This document shows positions 48,970 to 59,052 of a DNA stretch of 64,000 nucleotides, piece by piece. This DNA comes from an uncultured delta proteobacterium. Lineage in GTDB: Bacteria; Desulfobacterota; Binatia; Binatales; Binataceae. Under the pieces are notes generated by a model. The model made no database searches, was not told the origin of the DNA, and worked only from the letters and a program-made list of their open reading frames with translations. The DNA is taken from positions 2,176,001 to 2,240,000 of the forward strand of contig CAVXXK010000001.1 in NCBI GenBank assembly GCA_963765675.1. Reading direction: 5' to 3'. A program made the translations under genes and the position numbers. How positions within the stretch are numbered: position 1 is the first letter of the stretch; every line of letters begins with the position of its first letter.

Positions 48970-49613
48970 TCGAGCACCTCGCCCGAGAGCGCGGCGGCGA
49001 GTTGAAGCTCGCTGATGGCGCCGGCGCGGATTAGCCGCCAGGTGTCGTCCTCGACCGCGACGACGGTGCTTGGCGCCGGCGCGCTCAGCGTGCCGCCTTC
49101 AAGAAACACTTTAACTTTGTCTCCGAGTGCGGCGCGCGCTTCGGCGAGGGTTCGCGCAGGAGACTCTCCCGCGCGGTTCGCGCTGGTAGCGGTCACGGGA
49201 TGCCCGAGGCCCGCCGCGAGTGCGCGGGCCACAGAATGCGGCGATACGCGCACACCCACGCCGCCGCCGATTCCGACGATCGCGTCGGGCAAATCCGCAC
49301 GCGCCGGGAGCACGAGGGTCAGCGCTCCGGGCCAGAACATGTCCGCAAGACGCCGCGCGACTGGAGAGACCTCGCGCGCGAGGGCGAGCGCGGAATCCGC
49401 GTCGGCGGCGATCAGCGCGACGGTCTTTTCCGCGTCGCGGCCCTTGGCGGCGAACAGGCGCTCGAGTGCGGCGGACGAAAATGGGTCCGCGCCGAGGCCG
49501 TAAAATGTCTCGGTCGGATATACAACCAACTCGGCTGCGCGCAGCGCAGCGACAGCTTCATCGAGGCTCGAACGATCGCGATTTGCCGTGTTGGCGGATT
49601 TCCTGGCAGGCAA
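48966..49613 (-). CDS. tsaC: L-threonylcarbamoyladenylate synthase
   Basis: PTETFYGL, KGR, WPG.LT, TSAN, STVV, R.GAI; TTG start inferred from AAGGAG. Confidence 0.9.
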   Translation of the reverse strand: MPARKSANTANRDRSSLDEAVAALRAAELVVYPTETFYGLGADPFSSAALERLFAAKGRDAEKTVALIAADADSALALAREVSPVARRLADMFWPGALTLVLPARADLPDAIVGIGGGVGVRVSPHSVARALAAGLGHPVTATSANRAGESPARTLAEARAALGDKVKVFLEGGTLSAPAPSTVVAVEDDTWRLIRAGAISELQLAAALSGEVLE

Positions 49614-49636
49614 GAACTTAAAGTGCTCCTTCCAAT

Positions 49637-50968
49637 TTATTTTCGGCCAGCTTTCGCGCGCGCGGCGAGTCCGTGATGCGCGATATCGCGGCGCAATTGC
49701 TTGCCGTCGAATTCTATCAGGTCCGCGACCTGGTACGCCGCCGCGACCGCGGTCTCGAGCTCCGGCGCCATCGCGGTCACCGCGAGCACGCGGCCGCCGT
49801 TGGTGACGAGTTGGCCGTCTTTGAGCGCAGTGCCGGCGTGAAAAACCTTGACGCGGATTTTTTTCATCGCCCAATCGACTTTAAGCTCCGACGGCGCGCC
49901 GCCTTCGACTTTCTCAACTCCGGTGATCGCGATCCCTTTGCGATAGTCGCCCGGATATCCGCCCGAAGCGAGAACCACGGTGACGGCGGAGCGTGGCGAC
50001 AGGCGCACGTCGGCGTCGGCGATCCTTCCCTCGGCGGCGGCGAGCAGGGTCGCGGCCAGGTCGCCGTCGAAGCGCATCATCATCGGTTGGGTTTCGGGAT
50101 CGCCGAAGCGCGCGTTGAACTCGATCACGCTGATCGCGTCCGCATCGATCATCAATCCCGCGAACAGCACGCCCGTGAACGGAGTTCCGCGCGCGGCCAT
50201 CTCGCGCAGGACCGGCCGCACGACTTCGCGCATCGCGCGCTCTTCCAGATCGGGACCGAATTGGGGAAGAGGCGAGTACGCGCCCATCCCGCCGGTGTTG
50301 GGGCCGCGGTCGCCGTCGAAGATCGGTTTGTGATCCTGGAACAGGCCGAATGCGACCGCGTTTTCACCGTGGCAGAGCGCGAAGAACGAAACTTCCTCGC
50401 CGGTGAGAAATTCCTCGATCACGATCCGCTTTCCCGCCGCGCCGAACTTCGCTTCGGTCATCGCCGCGTCAACCGCCGCGAGCGCGGAGGCGCGATCGGG
50501 GCAGATAGTGACGCCCTTGCCGAGCGCGAGACCGTCGGCCTTGACGACGACCGGACGATCGACGCCGCGAAGATACTCGCGCGCGGCGGCGGCGTCGTCG
50601 AAGGAGCGATAGGCGGCGGTGCGCACGCCGGTCGCCTGCATCACCGATTTTGCGAACGACTTGCTGCTTTCGATCTGCGCGGCGGCGCGCGTCGGTCCGA
50701 AGATCGTAAGGCCGGCGCGGCGGAACTCGTCCACGATTCCGGCGCCGAGCGGATCGTCGGGGCCGACGATCGTCAGATCGATTTTTTTCTCGCGAGCGAA
50801 ATCGATCAGCGCGGCGAAGTTGTCCGGCGCGATCGCGACCGGCTCTGCGAGCTGGTTGATTCCCGGATTTCCCGGTGCGCAGTAGAGTCCCCACACCGAT
50901 TGGCTCTGATGCAGCCGCCAGCATAGCGCGTGTTCGCGCGCGCCCTGTCCGATGACGAGAACTTTCAT
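49637..50968 (-). CDS. purD: phosphoribosylamine-glycine ligase
   Basis: G.GAREH, KADGLA.GKGV, GPNTGGMG, EFNARFGDPE. Confidence 0.97.
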   Translation of the reverse strand: MKVLVIGQGAREHALCWRLHQSQSVWGLYCAPGNPGINQLAEPVAIAPDNFAALIDFAREKKIDLTIVGPDDPLGAGIVDEFRRAGLTIFGPTRAAAQIESSKSFAKSVMQATGVRTAAYRSFDDAAAAREYLRGVDRPVVVKADGLALGKGVTICPDRASALAAVDAAMTEAKFGAAGKRIVIEEFLTGEEVSFFALCHGENAVAFGLFQDHKPIFDGDRGPNTGGMGAYSPLPQFGPDLEERAMREVVRPVLREMAARGTPFTGVLFAGLMIDADAISVIEFNARFGDPETQPMMMRFDGDLAATLLAAAEGRIADADVRLSPRSAVTVVLASGGYPGDYRKGIAITGVEKVEGGAPSELKVDWAMKKIRVKVFHAGTALKDGQLVTNGGRVLAVTAMAPELETAVAAAYQVADLIEFDGKQLRRDIAHHGLAARAKAGRK

Positions 50969-50974
50969 CGCGGC

Positions 50975-52543
50975 CTAATGGCGGAAGTGCCGCACCCCAG
51001 TGAAGACCATCGCGAGGCCGTACTTGTCCGCCGCGGCGATCACGTCTTTGTCGCGGATCGAGCCGCCCGGCTGCGCGATCGCGGTCGCGCCCGCCTCGGC
51101 CGTGAGCGTCGGGCCGTCGGGCATCGGGAAGAGAGCTTCGGAGACCAGCACCGAGCCTTCGAGCGAGACCTTGAGGCGCGCGGCTTTCTCTCGCGCGGAA
51201 TACACCGGATCGATGCGCGAGGTTGCGCCGCCTCCGACCGCGAGCGTGCGATCCTCGGCCACGAATGCGATCGCGTTGGACTTGATGTGCTTGCAGACCT
51301 TGATGCCGAATTCGAGCGCGCGCAGTTCGGCGGCGGTGGGCGCGCGCTTGGTGACGACTTTGCCCTGGCGCGGATCCTCGATCGAGAGATCGGGCGATTG
51401 CACCAGCAAGCCGCCGACGACTTTCTTGAGGTCGAACTCGCCGCGCGGAACCGCCTCGGGATGGAAGCGCATCAGGCGGCGGTTTTTGTTCTTCTTCAGA
51501 AACTCGAGCACCTCGGCCGGAAAGTCGGGACCGATCAGAACCTCGGTGAAAAGTTCGTTGACGGCGCGCGCGAACTCCATGTCCCACGGCCGGTTGGAGA
51601 TGATTATTCCACCGAACGGAGAATCGGGATCGGTCGCGAACGCCTTGTCCCACGCGGCTTTGAGCGTCGAGCCGATTCCGACGCCGCACGGGGTGTTGTG
51701 CTTGAGAATCGCGACGACGGCCTGCGGCTCGCTCTGAAACTCGAGCATCAGGTTGGCCGCCGAGCTGATGTCGAAGACGTTGTTGAACGAGAGCTCCTTG
51801 CCGTGGAGTTGTTCCGCGATCTTGAGGAAGTTGCCGTAGAGCGCGCCTTCCTGGTGAGGATTCTCGCCGTAGCGGAGCTTCTGCTCGCGTTCGAGGGTCA
51901 GGCTGAAAGTCTCGCCGAGCGCGGAGGGCTCGCCCTCGCCGGAATTTGCGCCGAGCCAGTTGGCGATCGCCGAGTCGTAGGCGGCGACGCGTGCGAAGGC
52001 CTTGCGCGCGAGGCGCCATCGCGTCGCGAGAGTGAGCGCGCCCTCGTTCTTTTCCATTTCGCCGGCGATCGCGGCGTAGTCGGCGGGATCGACGACGATC
52101 GCGACGTCGGGATAATTCTTCGCCGCGGCGCGCACCAGAGTCGGACCGCCGATATCGATATTCTCGATCGCTTCGTCGCGGGTGACGCCGGGCTTCGCTA
52201 CTGTGCTTTCGAACGGATAGAAGTTGACGACGACCAGATCGATCGGCTCGATTCCGTGATCCTTCATCTGCTTCTGATGGCTCGGTTCGGAGCGCCGGCC
52301 GAGGATTCCGCCGTGAATCTTCGGGTGCAGCGTCTTCACGCGGCCGTCGAGCATCTCGGGAAAGCCGGTAAACTCTTCGACCGCCTTGACCCGCACGCCC
52401 GCCGCCTCAAGCGATGCCTTAGTGCCTCCGGTCGAGACGAGCTCGACGCCGCGATGCGCGAGCGTGCGTGCGAAATCCGCGAGGCCTCCCTTGTCGGATA
52501 CGCCGAGCAGTGCGCGGCGTATGATGATCTTGTCGCTATTCAT
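50975..52543 (-). CDS. purH: bifunctional AICAR transformylase/IMP cyclohydrolase
   Basis: DGRVKTLHP, IDIGGP, LRYGENPHQ, QPGGSIRD, RHFRH. Confidence 0.97.
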   Translation of the reverse strand: MNSDKIIIRRALLGVSDKGGLADFARTLAHRGVELVSTGGTKASLEAAGVRVKAVEEFTGFPEMLDGRVKTLHPKIHGGILGRRSEPSHQKQMKDHGIEPIDLVVVNFYPFESTVAKPGVTRDEAIENIDIGGPTLVRAAAKNYPDVAIVVDPADYAAIAGEMEKNEGALTLATRWRLARKAFARVAAYDSAIANWLGANSGEGEPSALGETFSLTLEREQKLRYGENPHQEGALYGNFLKIAEQLHGKELSFNNVFDISSAANLMLEFQSEPQAVVAILKHNTPCGVGIGSTLKAAWDKAFATDPDSPFGGIIISNRPWDMEFARAVNELFTEVLIGPDFPAEVLEFLKKNKNRRLMRFHPEAVPRGEFDLKKVVGGLLVQSPDLSIEDPRQGKVVTKRAPTAAELRALEFGIKVCKHIKSNAIAFVAEDRTLAVGGGATSRIDPVYSAREKAARLKVSLEGSVLVSEALFPMPDGPTLTAEAGATAIAQPGGSIRDKDVIAAADKYGLAMVFTGVRHFRH

Positions 52544-52564
52544 TTCGTCTCAACCCTTTGGACA

Positions 52565-53716
52565 CTATCCGCGGCAGATTCGCGGTACGCGCTTGCCGAC
52601 CGTGCACAGCATTTCATAGGAGATGGTTTGCGCCAGGCGCGCGACGTCGTTGACGCTGATCACTGCCTCGGCGTCCGGATGCTCGCTGCTCTGGCCCCAC
52701 AATATCACTTCGTCACCGACTGCCGCGCCGGGCACGTCGGTAAGATCGATCGTGGTCAGGTCCATCGAAACCGCGCCGACCACCGGAGCGCGCGCGCCGC
52801 GCACCAGGACTTCGCCGCCGTGCTGGAGTCCGCGGCGGTAACCGTCGGCATAACCTACCGGCAGCACGCCGATCACGCTTTCGCGCGGCGTGACGAAGGT
52901 GTGTCCATAGCCGACGCCGCTGCCGGCAGGCACGCGCTTGGTCTGCATCAGAAGGGTCTTGAACGTCATTACAGGCCGCAACTCGACGCGCTCGCGGACT
53001 GCGGCGACGGGAGGCAGGCCATAGATCGCGAGGCCGGGACGGACCAGGTTGAAATGCGAATCGTCGCGCAGCACCAGCGCGGCGGAATTTGCGACATGCG
53101 CGATCGGCGCGAAGCCGGCGGCGCGCAACGTTTCGAGCGCGGCGCGAAACACTCCCAGTTGCCGATCGGTGATGGGGCTCGCAGGATCTCCGGCGTTTGC
53201 GAGCAGGGTGCATAGGCCTTCGAGATGCAACGACGGCGCCGCGCGCATCGCATCGATAAGCGCGGGAAGGTCCGCAGGCAGCACGCCGAGCCGGCTTGCG
53301 CCCGTGTCGATCTTCACATGGATCGGAAAGCGCGCGTGCGTGGCCGAGGCAGCGGCCTCGAGTGGCGCGATCAGCGCCGCGTCGAACACGAACGGCGTGA
53401 GCCCGAGTGCGACAATCTCGCGCGCCTGCGCGGCGAAGAAACCGGCTTGCAAAAAAATCCGCGCGGTGATTCCGGCGCGGCGCAGCTCGCGAGCCTCGTC
53501 GATCGTCGCGACTCCGAAATTGCGGCATCCTTCGGCTCCGAGCGTGCGCGCAACCGTAACCGCGCCGTGTCCATAACCGTCCGCCTTGACCACCACCATC
53601 AGCTCGCCGTGCGCGGCGACTGCGCGCAGCGCGTGGTAGTTCGAGCGCAGCGCGCCGAGATCGATCTCCGCGATAGTTGGACGCTGTTCCTCGGAATTCA
53701 TCGCTATGGGCTTCAC
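52565..53716 (-). CDS. alr: alanine racemase
   Basis: VKADGYGHG, KIDTG..RLG, NSAA, VRPG..IYG, VGYG, GYADG, SMD, TISYE. Confidence 0.93.
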   Translation of the reverse strand: MKPIAMNSEEQRPTIAEIDLGALRSNYHALRAVAAHGELMVVVKADGYGHGAVTVARTLGAEGCRNFGVATIDEARELRRAGITARIFLQAGFFAAQAREIVALGLTPFVFDAALIAPLEAAASATHARFPIHVKIDTGASRLGVLPADLPALIDAMRAAPSLHLEGLCTLLANAGDPASPITDRQLGVFRAALETLRAAGFAPIAHVANSAALVLRDDSHFNLVRPGLAIYGLPPVAAVRERVELRPVMTFKTLLMQTKRVPAGSGVGYGHTFVTPRESVIGVLPVGYADGYRRGLQHGGEVLVRGARAPVVGAVSMDLTTIDLTDVPGAAVGDEVILWGQSSEHPDAEAVISVNDVARLAQTISYEMLCTVGKRVPRICRG

Positions 53717-53907
53717 GCAGTATCGATCGGTGACTAAGTATCGCGCCGCGTGGGAGTTGCAGAATTACGTCCGTTGTGAAGGCGCAATCAGATAACCATC
53801 CGCCGAACGGACAGTCAATCAAACTGCGCGGGAGCTGTGGATTCAAGCTCGCGGATCGCCGGATCTGTGGACGGTTTTTCTCCGCGGCGTGCGATGCTAT
53901 AACACAA

Positions 53908-54000
53908 AGCAGGCTGGGGGCGCGCGTGGTACGCGCTGAGAACTCTCGCAGGAGAGAACCCCTCGAACCTGATCCGGGTCATGCCGGCGTAGGGAAGCCC
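53908..54000 (+). promoter_or_regulatory. TPP riboswitch
   Basis: GGGG..GCTGAGA...ACCC.CGAACCTGATCCGGGTCATGCCGGCGTAGGGA upstream of thiS-thiG-thiE. Confidence 0.92.
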
Positions 54001-54069
54001 GCAAGGACCGAACGATCGCAGTTCGGCCGAAAGCCGCTTCCCCGGGTGCCCGGAGGGCGGCTTTCTCAA

Positions 54070-54285
54070 ATGCCCGAGGCGACAATCACAATCACGCTGA
54101 ATGGCGAGCCCAGCCGAATCGAGGGCGACGCGCACCTGAGCGCGCTGATCGAGAAGCTCAGGATGCGTCCGCAGCGAATCGCGGTCGAGATCAACCGGCA
54201 GGTGGTGCCGAAATCGGACTACGCAGCCACGATTCTGCGCACGGGCGACGAGGTCGAAATAATCAACTTCGTCGGAGGCGGATGA
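54070..54285 (+). CDS. thiS: sulfur carrier protein ThiS
   Basis: LNGE, IAVEIN..VVPK, GDEVEII.FVGGG C-terminus. Confidence 0.93.
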   Translation: MPEATITITLNGEPSRIEGDAHLSALIEKLRMRPQRIAVEINRQVVPKSDYAATILRTGDEVEIINFVGGG

Positions 54286-54325
54286 GCGCCACTGCTCATC
54301 AAACTCCGGCGCGTGAGGTAAGACT

Positions 54326-55099
54326 GTGGATACTCCCCTGGAACTCGGCGGCAGGAAATTCAGCTCGCGGCTGATCGTCGGAACCGGCAAGTACAAAGAC
54401 TTCGCCGAGACGCGCCGTGCGGTCGAAGAAAGCGGCGCGGAGATGGTCACCGTCGCGGTGCGGCGGGTGAATATCACCGATCGCAAGTCGGAGAATCTGC
54501 TCGACTACCTCGATCCCAAGCGCTACCAGATTCTGCCCAACACTGCAGGATGCTACACCGCCGAGGAAGCGGTGCGCACGTGCAGGCTCGCGCGCGAGGT
54601 CGGGGTCGGCGACATGGTGAAGCTCGAAGTTATCGGCGATCAGAAGACGCTGTTTCCCGACGTGCCCGCGACGATCGAGGCGGCAAAAATTCTCGTAAAG
54701 GAAGGCTTCAAGGTGCTGCCCTACGTCACCGACGATCCGGTCACCTGTCTGCGGCTTGCGGAGCTCGGGTGCGCGGCGGTGATGCCGCTGGCGGCGCCGA
54801 TCGGATCGGGCCTCGGCATCCGCAATCCGTACAACCTCGCGATCATTATCGAGCAGGCGAAGGTGCCGGTGATCGTCGATGCGGGCGTAGGGACAGCGTC
54901 GGACGCCGCGTACGCGATGGAGCTCGGCAGCGACGCGATCCTGATGAACACGGCGATCGCGGGAGCAAAGGATCCGATCGCGATGGCGCGCGCGATGAAG
55001 CTCGCGGTCGAAGCGGGGCGGATTGCATACGGAGCAGGGCGTATCGGCCGCAGGCTCTATGCGACCGCATCGAGTCCGATCACCGGGATGATCCAGTGA
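54326..55099 (+). CDS. thiG: thiazole synthase
   Basis: [35 protein letters not shown]. Confidence 0.97.
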   Translation: MDTPLELGGRKFSSRLIVGTGKYKDFAETRRAVEESGAEMVTVAVRRVNITDRKSENLLDYLDPKRYQILPNTAGCYTAEEAVRTCRLAREVGVGDMVKLEVIGDQKTLFPDVPATIEAAKILVKEGFKVLPYVTDDPVTCLRLAELGCAAVMPLAAPIGSGLGIRNPYNLAIIIEQAKVPVIVDAGVGTASDAAYAMELGSDAILMNTAIAGAKDPIAMARAMKLAVEAGRIAYGAGRIGRRLYATASSPITGMIQ

Positions 55100-55103
55100 C
55101 ACT

Positions 55104-55766
55104 GTGCGGCGCGCGGAATTCCTTTTCTACCTGATAACCGACCGCAATGCGGTGCGGACCGGCACGTTGGTCGATGCGTGCGCGGCGGCGTTGTCTGTGG
55201 CTCCGCGCGGCGCGGTCGCGCTCCAGGTGCGCGAGAAAGATCTGTCCGCGCGCGAGCTCTACCGGCTCGCGCTGGAGTTGCGCGAAGTCTGCAAGCGCTA
55301 CGGCGCGCCGATGATCGTGAACGATCGCGCGGATATCGCGCTCGCCGCGCGCGCCGACGGAGTGCATTTGCCGTTCGACTCGATCGGAGTTGCGATGGCG
55401 CGCAAGCTGATCGGCGCTGACATGCTGATCGGCGCATCGACGCATTCACCACCGGACGTCGCGTCGGCGGCTCGCGAGGGCGCGGATTTCGTTGTGTTCG
55501 GTCCGGTCTTCGATCCGATCTCGAAGGGCGCGTACGGACCGGCGTGGGGAAGCGACGGCCTTTCCGCCGCGTGCCGGGCAGGATCGGTGCCGGTTTATGC
55601 GCTGGGCGGGATCACGCCGGAGCGAGCGCGCGAGTTGATGAGCAATTCAGATCCCGGCGCGCGTCCAGCGGGAGCGGCGGGAATCGGATCGATTATCGGT
55701 GCGGAATCTCCCGCCGAAGCGATGCGCGCGATGCTGGCGGCGCTCACTTCTTCCACGGCCGCGTGA
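55104..55766 (+). CDS. thiE: thiamine phosphate synthase / TenI-like
   Basis: YLITD, QVREK, VNDR.D.A, DGVHL, STHS, ALGGI. Confidence 0.85.
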   Translation: MRRAEFLFYLITDRNAVRTGTLVDACAAALSVAPRGAVALQVREKDLSARELYRLALELREVCKRYGAPMIVNDRADIALAARADGVHLPFDSIGVAMARKLIGADMLIGASTHSPPDVASAAREGADFVVFGPVFDPISKGAYGPAWGSDGLSAACRAGSVPVYALGGITPERARELMSNSDPGARPAGAAGIGSIIGAESPAEAMRAMLAALTSSTAA

Positions 55767-56604
55767 CCGTGCGCACTGCCGCCATCAGGTCGCTCGTGCG
55801 CGGCAGGATTCGATAATACGGCGACGTGTAAATCCATCGGATCGTCCTGCTGCCGTCGACTACGAAGAAAGCTGGAATCGCGCTGTCGGGCTGGCCGTCG
55901 CGATGCCGCTGCACCAGGCCCATCGGCGCGAGAATCGTCTCATGCTCATCGCTGAGCAGCGGAATGTCGGTCTGCAGATAGCTGGAGAGCATCTTCGATC
56001 GATCGACAGGATCAGCGCTGATCGCGACGACGTTCGCGTTCGCTCGCTTGAGCTCGGGCGCGAGCGCCGTCAGCTCGGCCAGCTCGTGCCGCGCGAACGG
56101 ACAGAAGTCTCCGCGATAGACGAACACCAGCGTCGCGCGGTCGCCCGGCGGCGTCAGCATCTGAACCGCAGCACCGGTTTGATCGGCGAGCGAGAATTGC
56201 GGAAAGCGGTCGCCGACCGCGAGCGTCAGATGATAGGGCGGGTTGAGCGTTCCGCGCATGATATAGCTGGCGAACCTTCCGCCCCCGACTCCGATCACGA
56301 CGCAGGCGAAAAACGCGAGCAGCCCGAAGCCCAGCTTTGCGTGCGGCGACCAAATCCCCAGCGCGGTGCCAAACGCGGCCAGCGCCAGCAGCATCGCAAG
56401 CGCGAGCGCGCCGAAGGCGGGCCACGGAATCCGGTCGTGAATTCCGAGTGCTGGCGACGACCAGAAGTTCAGCAGCACGAACTCGTAGAGTCCGAACCCG
56501 CAGGCGGTCAGGAGGATCGCCGCGATCGCGCGCACCGGCTGGAACGGCGGCGGGATCCATTCTTCGTCGGGTTCCGGCGGGAAGCCGGAGGATTCAACGT
56601 TCAT
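55744..56604 (-). CDS. membrane-anchored AhpC/TSA-like redoxin
   Basis: Three hydrophobic segments, then GDRFP.FSL.DQ.G, FVYRGDFCPF, VAISAD, LLSD, PAFFVVD. Confidence 0.8.
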   Translation of the reverse strand: MNVESSGFPPEPDEEWIPPPFQPVRAIAAILLTACGFGLYEFVLLNFWSSPALGIHDRIPWPAFGALALAMLLALAAFGTALGIWSPHAKLGFGLLAFFACVVIGVGGGRFASYIMRGTLNPPYHLTLAVGDRFPQFSLADQTGAAVQMLTPPGDRATLVFVYRGDFCPFARHELAELTALAPELKRANANVVAISADPVDRSKMLSSYLQTDIPLLSDEHETILAPMGLVQRHRDGQPDSAIPAFFVVDGSRTIRWIYTSPYYRILPRTSDLMAAVRTVTRPWKK

Positions 56605-56612
56605 GATCGGAG

Positions 56613-57515
56613 TTAAAATTCCGGTTCGTGCTGGCGGCGGCTGTCGCGCTCGAGCTGCACGGTCATGTGATGGATGTTGAAATTGGCGCGCAGCATTTCC
56701 GACATCTGATGCAGCACCAGGTCCTGATCGATATCCGCGCGCACTACGCAGTGCGCCGCCAGCGCAAACTGATGCGAGGTCAGGCACCATACGTGCAAGT
56801 CATGAACCTCCTCGGCGCCCTCGACCGCCAGCAGATCGCCGCGCAGCCGCTCGAGGTCGATATGCTCCGGCACCGACTCCATCAGGATGTCGACGCCCTC
56901 GCGCACCAGGCCCCATGAGCTGTAGAGCACCAGCGCGCCGATCAGGATGCTGACGGCGGGGTCGGCCTGCCAGGTGCCGGTGAAATAAACCAGCGCGCCC
57001 GCAACCAGCACGCCGATCGAGCCGATCAGGTCCGAGATCACGTGGACGAAAACCGCCCGCACCGCTAGACCGCGTCTGCCGCCGGAGGGGTGAGTGTCCG
57101 CGGTGATCCATGCGGCCAGCGAGTTCACAGCGATCCCGATTACCGCGACCGCCATCACGCCGAGACCATGCACGTGCTCGGGATGCCGCAGGCGCGCGAA
57201 CGCCTCGATCCAGATGAACGCGACCAGCAGCCATAAAAATAGTCCGTTGAGCAATGCGCCCAGAATTTCCGCGCGCAGGTAGCCGAAAGTCTTACCCTGG
57301 TTTGCGGGACGCGCCGAAATCCAAAGCGTCAGCAGGCTCAGGCAGATCGCCGCGATGTCGGTCAGCATGTGGATCGCGTCGGAGAACAGCGCGAGGCTGT
57401 TGGTCAGCCATCCAGCGACAAGCTCGAGCGCGAAATAGCCCACGGCAATCGCGAGCACGAGATAGAGGCGGCGGCGATCGGTCGGAAGGCGAGCGTTATG
57501 GTTGGATGCTTCCAC
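56613..57515 (-). CDS. cation diffusion facilitator (CzcD/ZitB-like)
   Basis: SLAL.SDA.HM.TD, TFGY.RAE, HVISD, VHDLHVW, H.TVQLE. Confidence 0.92.
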   Translation of the reverse strand: MEASNHNARLPTDRRRLYLVLAIAVGYFALELVAGWLTNSLALFSDAIHMLTDIAAICLSLLTLWISARPANQGKTFGYLRAEILGALLNGLFLWLLVAFIWIEAFARLRHPEHVHGLGVMAVAVIGIAVNSLAAWITADTHPSGGRRGLAVRAVFVHVISDLIGSIGVLVAGALVYFTGTWQADPAVSILIGALVLYSSWGLVREGVDILMESVPEHIDLERLRGDLLAVEGAEEVHDLHVWCLTSHQFALAAHCVVRADIDQDLVLHQMSEMLRANFNIHHMTVQLERDSRRQHEPEF

Positions 57516-57561
57516 GACTGAATGCCGCCTCGTCCTTCCGGACGCGTATACGATCGAGCTG

Positions 57562-58080
57562 CTAGTAGCTGACGAGCGAAAAGCTCTTCGCGGGCGCGAT
57601 GCGCGCAAGGCCGCCGAGCGCCGACAATTCGACGATAAATGCGCACCCGACCACCACGCCGCCAATCTTGCGCACCAGCTTGAGAGCAGCTTCGGCGGTG
57701 CCGCCGGTTGCCAGCAAGTCATCGACGATCAGCACGCGCGAACCCGGCTTTATCGCGTCGCTATGCATCTGCAGCGACGCGCTGCCGTACTCGAGGTCAT
57801 ATGATTCATCAACGGTCGTAAACGGCAGCTTGCCCGGCTTGCGCGCGATCGCAAGGCCGACGCCCAGCCGATAGGCGACGGGAGCGCCGATAATGAAGCC
57901 GCGCGATTCGATTCCCAACACCGTATCGACCTGTCCCAGGTAGGGCTCGGCGAGTCCGTCAACTATTGCCGCAAAGCCCCGCGGGTCGGCGATAAGCGGC
58001 GTGATATCGCGGAACAGGATTCCGGTCTTGGGAAAGTCGGGGATGTCGCGAATGAGTTTCTTGATTTCTTCTGGAGTCAT
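57562..58080 (-). CDS. apt: adenine phosphoribosyltransferase
   Basis: PDFPK.GILF.DIT, ESRGF, RKPGKLP, LEYG, DDLLATGGT. Confidence 0.96.
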   Translation of the reverse strand: MTPEEIKKLIRDIPDFPKTGILFRDITPLIADPRGFAAIVDGLAEPYLGQVDTVLGIESRGFIIGAPVAYRLGVGLAIARKPGKLPFTTVDESYDLEYGSASLQMHSDAIKPGSRVLIVDDLLATGGTAEAALKLVRKIGGVVVGCAFIVELSALGGLARIAPAKSFSLVSY

Positions 58081-58193
58081 TTCCACTTCACTTGTGAATT
58101 TCGCTGGTGCCCGGCGCGAACCAGAGAGCTTACTCGGCGCCGAGCGGAAAATCCATTTTGAGCAATGCCGATCCGCGCGGAATTTCCGCCATG

Positions 58194-58961
58194 CTACATG
58201 CCGCCTTCGGCGGCATAGGTGATGCCAGGTGCCGCGGGAGGTTCGGGTAAAAAGGCGAGCGGGTTGCGCGCGATGTTGTCGTGGCGGACCTCGAAGTGCA
58301 GATTCGCGCCGGTGGTGCGTCCGCTGGTGCCGATTTCGCCGATCATCTGCCCGCGCGATACGTGGTCGCCTTCGCGCACGAAATTGCGCTCGTCGTGGCC
58401 GTACACCGTCGCATAATGATCGTCGTGCTGGATGATCACGGTGTTGCCGTAGCCGTGCAGGACTCCCGAGAAAACCACGACGCCATTGCCGGCGGCGAGC
58501 ACGGGAGTTCCAGCGGGCGCCGCGATATCGACACCTTCGTGCATCGCGCCGTTGCGGATTCCAAATCCCGAGGACACGACCCCCTCGGCGACCGGCCACG
58601 CGAATTGCCGCGACTCGCGCATCCCGCGATACGGCATCGCGTTCGAGGGTCCGTGCGGAGCACTGCTGAGAGCGGTTACCGGATGCGAACCTGGAATCGT
58701 GAGCGTCTGCCCAACGCGCAAATCGCGCGCGTCCGAGATCCCGTTTGCGGTCATCAGCCGTCCGACACTGACGCCGAATTTTGTCGCGATATGATAAACA
58801 GTGTCGCCCGGCTGCACCGTATACGATCGTTCGGAACCAGCCGAAGTGAAAGACTCCGAGCCGCCGCCGCATCCCGAGATTGCGAGCGCAACACAAAGCA
58901 CGAGCGCCGCGGATATCGCCGCTCGTCTGATACCTGTTGCGCTGTCGCGCACCGCCGCCAT
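58194..58961 (-). CDS. nlpD: LysM + M23 peptidase lipoprotein (NlpD-like)
   Basis: Lipobox ISGC, LysM YTVQPGDT, H.GVDI, YGH, LHFE; directly downstream of pcm. Confidence 0.82.
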   Translation of the reverse strand: MAAVRDSATGIRRAAISAALVLCVALAISGCGGGSESFTSAGSERSYTVQPGDTVYHIATKFGVSVGRLMTANGISDARDLRVGQTLTIPGSHPVTALSSAPHGPSNAMPYRGMRESRQFAWPVAEGVVSSGFGIRNGAMHEGVDIAAPAGTPVLAAGNGVVVFSGVLHGYGNTVIIQHDDHYATVYGHDERNFVREGDHVSRGQMIGEIGTSGRTTGANLHFEVRHDNIARNPLAFLPEPPAAPGITYAAEGGM

Positions 58962-59052
58962 CCCATCCACCACCACATCCACCGTCGCCGTCCACCGCGA
59001 AAAACGCGTGCGCGGCCGGCCGCCGGTCAATCGAGGGCGCTACTGACTAACG

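Noticed and set aside
53835-53875. Two CTGTGGA motifs resembling DnaA boxes
   Set aside because: Two to three mismatches to TGTGGATAA, no AT-rich unwinding element and no origin-linked genes.
56085-56110. Possible selenocysteine in the redoxin motif
   Set aside because: The codons read TGT CCG TTC GCG, with no in-frame TGA.
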